Of a stretch of 39,065 nt of DNA, positions 33,109-39,065 are shown in pieces. How positions within the stretch are numbered: the stretch's first letter is position 1; the number at the start of each line of letters is the position of its first letter. The notes beneath the pieces were generated by a model, which had not been told where the DNA came from, ran no database searches, and saw only the letters and a list, made by a program, of their open reading frames with translations. The translations under genes were made by a program, and so were the position numbers. Source of the DNA: Candidatus Azambacteria bacterium (GTDB lineage: Bacteria > Patescibacteriota > Minisyncoccia > UBA10092); the NCBI GenBank assembly GCA_003455995.1, contig DMPO01000011.1, forward strand, positions 1-39,065, in the 5' to 3' direction.

Positions 33109-34287
33109 TTACTTGCTCAAAACCGTCACCGCCTCGGAGGCAATCTGGCCCATTTCGTCAGTCGTAATAACCGCGATTTTTACCGGTGATTTGTCCTTGT
33201 TAATAAACCTGTCCACGCTGATTGTTTGACTGTTTTTCGCATCATCCAAAATAATTCCCAGATTTTCAAGTTCGGCGCAAATTTTTGACCGCATAATCGC
33301 CGACCGCTCGCCAATGGTCCCGGAAAAAATCAGCGCATCGGCGCCATTAAGCGCGGCAAAATAGGCGCCGATATATTTTTTGATTTTATAAACCATCACT
33401 TCCAGCGCCAATTTGGCGTTTTTATCGCCGCTTTTTTCCATCTCTAAAAGTTCCCGCACATCATTGCTTTTTTCAGAAAGTCCTAAAAGCCCGCATTGAG
33501 TATTAAGATAATTCTCCATTTTGTCCATATCATAACCGAGTTTTTTGGATAAATAAGTTACCGCCCCGGCATCAATGTCGCCCACCCTGTTCGCCATTAC
33601 AATTCCTTCAAGCGGCGTAAAACCCATGGAAGTATCAATGCTTTGGCCGTCTTTAACGGCCGCAACGCTGGAACCGCCACCAAGATGGCAAATGATTATT
33701 TTTTCCGGCAGATTGCCGCCGTTCATATTTTTTATTTTGCCGACAACGGACTCGAAAGAAATGCCGTGATAGCCGAATCTGAAAATATCCAATTCTTCGG
33801 CGGTATTTTTGGGAATACCGTAATGGCGCGCGCGGTCGGGCATCGAATCGTGAAAAGCGCTGTCGGAAACGCCGACAATGGGAACGCCCGGCAATATTTG
33901 TCCAAGCGCCTTTATTTCGGCAAGCATCGGATTAATATGAAGCGGCGCCTGTTCTTTGGCGGTTTCCAGTTTTTTCAGATATTCGCCATCAATAATTTTA
34001 TGTAGGGAAAAATAACTTCCCGGAGCGACGACGCGAAAACCGACGGCGGAAATTTCGCTTTTATTGCCGATTAATCTGCAAGATAAAAGTTCGTTAACGA
34101 CATATTCGGCGGAATTTTCAAATTCTTTCTGCGACACTTCTTTTTTTTCTTCGGTCGCGCCGACTAATTCCACAATGAGTTTGCCGTTTTCTTTTTCAAA
34201 ATGCACGGAAAAAACCCGCTCGCCATTTTGATAGAGCGCGTATTTTCGCGACTCACTCCCGACATTTACGATGAAAAATTTAGACAT
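33109..34287 (-). CDS. ackA: acetate kinase
   Basis: NVGSES, APLH, DSAFH, RFGYHGIS, CHLGGGSS, DTSMGFTPLEG, GTIGE. Confidence 0.95.
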   Translation of the reverse strand: MSKFFIVNVGSESRKYALYQNGERVFSVHFEKENGKLIVELVGATEEKKEVSQKEFENSAEYVVNELLSCRLIGNKSEISAVGFRVVAPGSYFSLHKIIDGEYLKKLETAKEQAPLHINPMLAEIKALGQILPGVPIVGVSDSAFHDSMPDRARHYGIPKNTAEELDIFRFGYHGISFESVVGKIKNMNGGNLPEKIIICHLGGGSSVAAVKDGQSIDTSMGFTPLEGIVMANRVGDIDAGAVTYLSKKLGYDMDKMENYLNTQCGLLGLSEKSNDVRELLEMEKSGDKNAKLALEVMVYKIKKYIGAYFAALNGADALIFSGTIGERSAIMRSKICAELENLGIILDDAKNSQTISVDRFINKDKSPVKIAVITTDEMGQIASEAVTVLSK

Positions 34288-34289
34288 GT

Positions 34290-34506
34290 TTTAAAAATTA
34301 AACAATCTTGTGTTTGTTCTCGAGCGGGCTGTGAGCGCGAGCGGGCATGGTGTCAAGCGAAGCGAGACGAGCGAGCGCTTTCGCCCTCGTTCGCCACGCT
34401 GGGGCGAACGAGAGAAGCGAGAGAATGAATAGGAAATTGTTTTTAAGTGGGCGCGCGAGGAAAATGATATCCAGTTGTTTTTACAGATAGAAAATTGTTT
34501 TAAAAA
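34290..34506. repeat. GC-rich structured intergenic element related to 2896-3040
   Basis: 34446-34468 matches 3003-3025 at 21/23; 34357-34368 matches 2953-2964 at 11/12; 10-bp stem CTCGTTCGCC/GGCGAACGAG. Confidence 0.6.
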
Positions 34507-34507
34507 T

Positions 34508-35395
34508 ATGAAACAAAAAGTTATCGTTATTGCCGGGCCGACAGCTTCCGGGAAAAGCGCGTTGGCTGTTAAACTGGCTCGAAAATTTCATGGCGAGATT
34601 ATTTCCGCCGATTCGCGGCAGGTATATAAAGGAATGGATATCGGCGCCGGAAAAATCACCAAAAAAGAAATGGCGAGAATCCCCCACCACCTCTTGGATG
34701 TTGCTAATCCCAAAAAGCAATTTGCCGCCGCCCAATACAAACGGCTGGCGGAAAAGGCGATTAAAAAAATTATCACCGATAAAAAAATCCCTATCATTTG
34801 CGGCGGCGCCGGCTTTTATATTCAGGCAATAACGGAAAATATTTCCATTCCGGAAGTAAAACCGGACGCGAAACTAAGAGCTATTTTGGAAAAAAAATCT
34901 ACTAAAGAATTATTCAATCAGTTAAAAAAATTTGACCCGCGCCGGGCCAAAAATATAGATAAAAATAACCGCCGCCGTTTAATCAGGGCGCTGGAAATAA
35001 TAATCAAATCAGGAAAAAAAGTGCCGGAATTAAAATCGGCGCCGAAATACGAAGCGCTGATAATCGGCGTCAAGCGCGGGTCAAGAGAACTGAAAGAATC
35101 AATAAAAACCCGGCTTCTGAAACGATTCAAAATGGGAATGGTGAAAGAAGTGATAAATCTTAAAAAGTCCGGCTTGAGCTGGAAACGGCTTGAGGACTTC
35201 GGCCTTGAATACCGCTACATCGCCTATTATCTCCAAAACAAATTGTCCTATGACGAAATGATAAAAAAATTGCAGAAAGAGATAGAGAATTACGCCAAGC
35301 GCCAAATGACTTGGTTTACCCGCGACAAAAAAATCCGCTGGGTTGCGGATTTTAAACAAGCCAAAAAAATAATCAAAGAATTTCTAAGTGACTAA
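34508..35395 (+). CDS. miaA: tRNA dimethylallyltransferase
   Basis: GPTASGKS, ISADSRQVYKGMDIG, PHHLLD, RRLIRALE, YAKRQMTWF; ATG at 34508. Confidence 0.97.
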   Translation: MKQKVIVIAGPTASGKSALAVKLARKFHGEIISADSRQVYKGMDIGAGKITKKEMARIPHHLLDVANPKKQFAAAQYKRLAEKAIKKIITDKKIPIICGGAGFYIQAITENISIPEVKPDAKLRAILEKKSTKELFNQLKKFDPRRAKNIDKNNRRRLIRALEIIIKSGKKVPELKSAPKYEALIIGVKRGSRELKESIKTRLLKRFKMGMVKEVINLKKSGLSWKRLEDFGLEYRYIAYYLQNKLSYDEMIKKLQKEIENYAKRQMTWFTRDKKIRWVADFKQAKKIIKEFLSD

Positions 35396-35413
35396 CCAAA
35401 AACTAATTTTTGG

Positions 35414-36865
35414 TTAGTTGAGCAACCTTTTTAAAATCTCCGCAATTATTTCTGGGCTGGCCTTGCCGCGAGTGGCGGCCATCACTTGTCCAAGCAAAAA
35501 CTGCAAAGCTATTTCCTTGCCTTTTTTGTAATCGGCAACCGCCGTTTGATTTTCACTGATCACTTTTGAAACCGCTTTCTCAATTTCTCCGGTGTCTTGA
35601 GTTTGCCTTAGATCTTTTTCACCGACTATGGTATTGGGATCTTTGCCGGTAGCCCACATTTCTTTAAGAACATCTTTGGCGGCCCGCGTGGTAATGGTTC
35701 CTTTATGAATTAAACTCATTAACTCGGCAAAATTCTCAGCGTCTATTTTCACATCATCAACTTCGGCCGACGCCTCATTTAAAAGCCCCAAAAAATCGCC
35801 CAAAATATAATTGGCCGACAAGGTTGTAAGTTGTTTTTTTTCACCTATTTCCAATTCCTGCAATTCACTGACAACATCTTCAAAAAATCCGGCCAATTTT
35901 TCATTATTAACCAAGATATTAATTTGCTCGTCGGCTAAGCCATATTCCGATTTAAGTCGCTTTCTTTTATCGCCAGGCAATTCCGGCAATCCGGTTTCAA
36001 TTTCTTTAATCATTTCCATATTGGTATTTAAGGGCGGTAAATCCGGTTCCGGAAAATACCGATAGTCGTGCGACTCTTCCTTGATTCTTTGCAATACCGT
36101 CTCCCCTTTTGTTTCATTCCAGCCGCGAGTTTGCTGAATAATTTTTTCGCCATTTTCAAGAATTCCTGTCTGCCGTTTTATTTCATAGTCAATGGCGTCG
36201 CGAACCGCTTTAAAAGAATTTAAATTTTTAACTTCAACTTTAACACCTAATTCTTTGGCGCCAACCGATTTCAACGAAAGGTTGGCTTCAATGCGCATCT
36301 GCCCCTTTTCCATATCGGCGTCGGAGACCCCCAAATAGCGCAACAGCAAATGCAATTCCTGCGCAAAAGCGCCGGCCTCTTCTCCGGAAGTCATATCGGG
36401 CTCGGTTACCAGTTCCATTAAAGGCACACCCGCCCGATTAAAATCAACGAGAGAATGGCCGATATGGCCGAAATGAGCCAGCCGGCCGGTGTCTTCTTCA
36501 AGGTGCACTCGGGTTATACTTATTTTTTTTGCGGAATTAGGAATGGTTAATTCTCCACCCAAACAGATCGGATAATCGTATTGCGAAATTTGATATCCTT
36601 TCGGCAAGTCGGGATAGAAATAGTTTTTTCTGTCCCATTTGGTGATTTCATTTATTTTGCTTTTAAGCGCCAAACCGACTTTAATCACTGCGTTAACCGC
36701 GCTTCTGTTGATGACCGGCAAAGTTCCCGGCTGGCCGGTGCAGATCGGACAAATATTAACATTCGGATGCCGTTCATCCGGATCATTCTTGCAGGCGCAG
36801 AACATTTTTGTTTTCGTTTTTAGTTCGATATGGACTTCTAATCCTATAATTGATTCATATTTCAT
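35414..36865 (-). CDS. gatB: Asp/Glu-tRNA amidotransferase subunit B
   Basis: IGLEVH, RKNYFYPDLPKGYQISQ, HLEED, NRAGVPLMELVTEP, YRYFPEPDL; ATG at 36865. Confidence 0.97.
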   Translation of the reverse strand: MKYESIIGLEVHIELKTKTKMFCACKNDPDERHPNVNICPICTGQPGTLPVINRSAVNAVIKVGLALKSKINEITKWDRKNYFYPDLPKGYQISQYDYPICLGGELTIPNSAKKISITRVHLEEDTGRLAHFGHIGHSLVDFNRAGVPLMELVTEPDMTSGEEAGAFAQELHLLLRYLGVSDADMEKGQMRIEANLSLKSVGAKELGVKVEVKNLNSFKAVRDAIDYEIKRQTGILENGEKIIQQTRGWNETKGETVLQRIKEESHDYRYFPEPDLPPLNTNMEMIKEIETGLPELPGDKRKRLKSEYGLADEQINILVNNEKLAGFFEDVVSELQELEIGEKKQLTTLSANYILGDFLGLLNEASAEVDDVKIDAENFAELMSLIHKGTITTRAAKDVLKEMWATGKDPNTIVGEKDLRQTQDTGEIEKAVSKVISENQTAVADYKKGKEIALQFLLGQVMAATRGKASPEIIAEILKRLLN

Positions 36866-36954
36866 ATACTTCCAAAATAACACAAATTTTGTGATAATAA
36901 AAACCCCTCCTAACCTCCCCTAATCAGGAAGGGTTTGGGTGGGTTTTGTTATTT

Positions 36955-37380
36955 TTACTTCTCTACTTCGATGCCCATTGATCGCGCGGTGCCCATGATG
37001 ATTTTTTCGGCCGCCGCGATATCATTGGCGTTCAAATCAACCAATTTTTTTTCGGCGATTTCGCGAATTTGCGCCATGGTAACTTTGCCGACTTTGATTT
37101 TTTTAGGGTTGGCGCTGGCTTTTTCAATGCCGGCCGCCTTTTTTAACAGAGACGCCGCCGGCGATGTCTTAAATCTCATATCAAAAGTCCGGTCTTCGTA
37201 AACCGTAACCTCAACCGGAATAATATCGCCAGCCATTTCCTTGGTCGCCACATTAAACTTGCTGACAAACTCGCCGATATTAAGCCCGTGCGGGCCCAAG
37301 GCGGTGCCAACCGGCGGCTGAGCCGTTGCCGCTCCGGCGGGAATTTGAATTTTTACGATTGTTTTTATCTTTTTTGCCAT
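36955..37380 (-). CDS. rplK: 50S ribosomal protein L11
   Basis: [29 protein letters not shown]. Confidence 0.97.
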   Translation of the reverse strand: MAKKIKTIVKIQIPAGAATAQPPVGTALGPHGLNIGEFVSKFNVATKEMAGDIIPVEVTVYEDRTFDMRFKTSPAASLLKKAAGIEKASANPKKIKVGKVTMAQIREIAEKKLVDLNANDIAAAEKIIMGTARSMGIEVEK

Positions 37381-37397
37381 AAATTTCTTTGCCCTCG

Positions 37398-37940
37398 TTA
37401 TAACTTCTTTATTTGAAGAGAGTCAAGTTCCACCGCCGTCTCGCGACCGAACATTGAAATCAGCACTTTAACCTTGCCGCGGTTTTCGTCAACTTCATTG
37501 ACTTTGCCGTCGAAATCCTTAAACGGCCCATCAATTATTTTCACCGGATCGCCCACCGAAAATTCAATGGTGTATTTTGACTCTGTCCCCCCCATTCTTT
37601 TTTGGAGATCTTTTATTTCTTCGAGAGAAACGGGAATCGGCACCGTGCCCGAACCGATAAAACCGGTAACGCGCGGCGTATTCCGCACCACATACCAGGA
37701 ATCATCGGTCACAATCATTTCCACCAAAACATAGCCCGGATAAATTTTTTCTTCAATAGTCCGCCTCTTGCCGTTCTTGATTCTGATTTTTTTCTCCTTG
37801 GGAACCAAAACGCTGAAAATCTTATCCTGCATATCGAGAGATTCGATTCTTTGTTTCAGGTTGCGCGCCACCGCGTCTTCATAACCGGAATAAGTGTGAA
37901 GCACATACCAGTTTCTTCCTTGTGATTGCTGTTTTGCCAT
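37398..37940 (-). CDS. nusG: transcription elongation factor NusG
   Basis: [35 protein letters not shown]. Confidence 0.97.
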   Translation of the reverse strand: MAKQQSQGRNWYVLHTYSGYEDAVARNLKQRIESLDMQDKIFSVLVPKEKKIRIKNGKRRTIEEKIYPGYVLVEMIVTDDSWYVVRNTPRVTGFIGSGTVPIPVSLEEIKDLQKRMGGTESKYTIEFSVGDPVKIIDGPFKDFDGKVNEVDENRGKVKVLISMFGRETAVELDSLQIKKL

Positions 37941-37943
37941 ATT

Positions 37944-38138
37944 TTATCTAAATAGGAAAAAATTAAGGCCGAGGCCGAAAAAATAATCCAGAGCGCCCAA
38001 AAACACCGCCACCGCGGCGGAAGCCCCGATAACCACCAAAGTATAATTTATGGTGGTATTTTTGGACGGCCAATTGACCTTGCCCATTTCAATTTTGACT
38101 TCCTTAAAATAATTTTTTACTTGTTCAAAGCGACTCAT
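37944..38138 (-). CDS. secE: preprotein translocase subunit SecE
   Basis: EMGKVNWP plus a single TM, upstream of nusG. Confidence 0.94.
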   Translation of the reverse strand: MSRFEQVKNYFKEVKIEMGKVNWPSKNTTINYTLVVIGASAAVAVFLGALDYFFGLGLNFFLFR

Positions 38139-38198
38139 AAATTTAGGTAATTTTAAAAAGCCCGCAGGCCTCTATTCGATAGAGTACCAAACAAAAAA

Positions 38199-39065
38199 TT
38201 AAATGTCAAGGTTTTTGACGGTTTTGGCGTGCATCTGGATAAAGCGCTTGCGGGGGGCCACTTCGTCACCCATAAGGATATCAAAAATTTTATTGGCCTT
38301 TTCGGCGTCTTCAACGGTGATTTGTTTCATTGACCTGTTTTCAGGATTCATTGTAGTGTCCCACAATTGATCAGGATTCATTTCGCCCAAACCCTTATAG
38401 CGCTGAATATTCGGATTTAACATTTTTTCCTTTTTAAACTCTTCCAAAATTTCCGCCTTGTCTTCGTCGGTGTAGGCGTATTCCGATCTTTTGCCGCTGG
38501 AAATTTTGTAAAGCGGCGGCTCGGCGACAAAAATGTGTCCGTTATTCACCAGTTCGGGAAAGTAGCGGAAAAATAAAGTTAGAAGCAAAGTCCTGATGTG
38601 AGCGCCGTCGACATCGGCGTCGGTCATGATAATAATCCGGCCGTAGCGGAGCTTGGAAATATCAAACTCTTCGGCGATAGCGGTCCCCAGCGCGATAACC
38701 AACGCCCGAATTTCCTTAAACGCCAAAATCTTATCAATCCGCGCCTTTTCGACATTCAAAATTTTTCCGCGCAGCGGCAGAATCGCCTGAAATTTCCGAT
38801 CGCGTCCCTGTTTCGCCGAGCCGCCGGCGCTGTCGCCTTCCACTATGAACAATTCTGTTTCGGCCGAATCGTTGCTGGAGCAATCGGCCAGTTTTCCCGG
38901 CAAAGCCAATCCTTCCATAATACCTTTTCTCAAAACCGTTTCCCGCGCCGCTTTGGCCGCTTTTCTGGCTTTTGACGCCAAGATTGTTTTTTCTAAAATT
39001 TTTCTGGCATCGGCGGGATTTTTTTCAAGCCACTCTCCCAGCGATTCTCCGATAACAGTTTCCGT
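38199..39065 (-). CDS. gyrB: DNA gyrase subunit B, C-terminal part (runs off the window)
   Basis: [38 protein letters not shown]; frame open to the window edge. Confidence 0.95.
   Translation of the reverse strand, partial: TETVIGESLGEWLEKNPADARKILEKTILASKARKAAKAARETVLRKGIMEGLALPGKLADCSSNDSAETELFIVEGDSAGGSAKQGRDRKFQAILPLRGKILNVEKARIDKILAFKEIRALVIALGTAIAEEFDISKLRYGRIIIMTDADVDGAHIRTLLLTLFFRYFPELVNNGHIFVAEPPLYKISSGKRSEYAYTDEDKAEILEEFKKEKMLNPNIQRYKGLGEMNPDQLWDTTMNPENRSMKQITVEDAEKANKIFDILMGDEVAPRKRFIQMHAKTVKNLDI

Overview
A 39-kb bacterial chromosome fragment with almost all genes on the minus strand. Gene content and compactness suggest Patescibacteria/CPR (Parcubacteria-like); this is an inference from the short EF-Ts, N-truncated RF1, split transketolase, short SMC and rplK without an adjacent rplA. 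Most of the window is housekeeping: 3 tRNAs, rpsB-tsf, rpmE-prfA, rplY, a sugar-phosphate operon, murE/femX, htpX-lemA, smc-rnc-nusB, tgt, a copper-efflux cluster, ackA, miaA, gatB and rplK-nusG-secE-gyrB. The standout is a complete diversity-generating retroelement (DGR) at about 20.5-23.1 kb. It has an RT (GNLTSQ/YADD), a 138-bp template repeat (21911-22048) and a variable repeat (22376-22513) in a 198-aa target gene; all 15 TR/VR differences are at TR adenines. Its layout is unusual: the Avd-like gene is on the opposite strand between TR and RT, overlaps the RT start head-to-head, and is out of frame at a C13 tract. A C12 tract would restore a 135-aa protein, so this is a candidate phase-variable ON/OFF switch for hypermutation. 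Other notable items are an AT-rich methyltransferase plus unknown-ORF cassette wedged between the two transketolase halves, a promoter-to-terminator structured ncRNA candidate at 11.56-11.69 kb, three 21-bp palindromic operators about 490 bp apart around a TrpR-like gene, small palindromic REP/MITE-like elements (some in frame inside genes), a prfA with no canonical start that overlaps rpmE, and a possible metal-sensing leader ORF ahead of the copper cluster. All calls were made by eye; no database searches were run.
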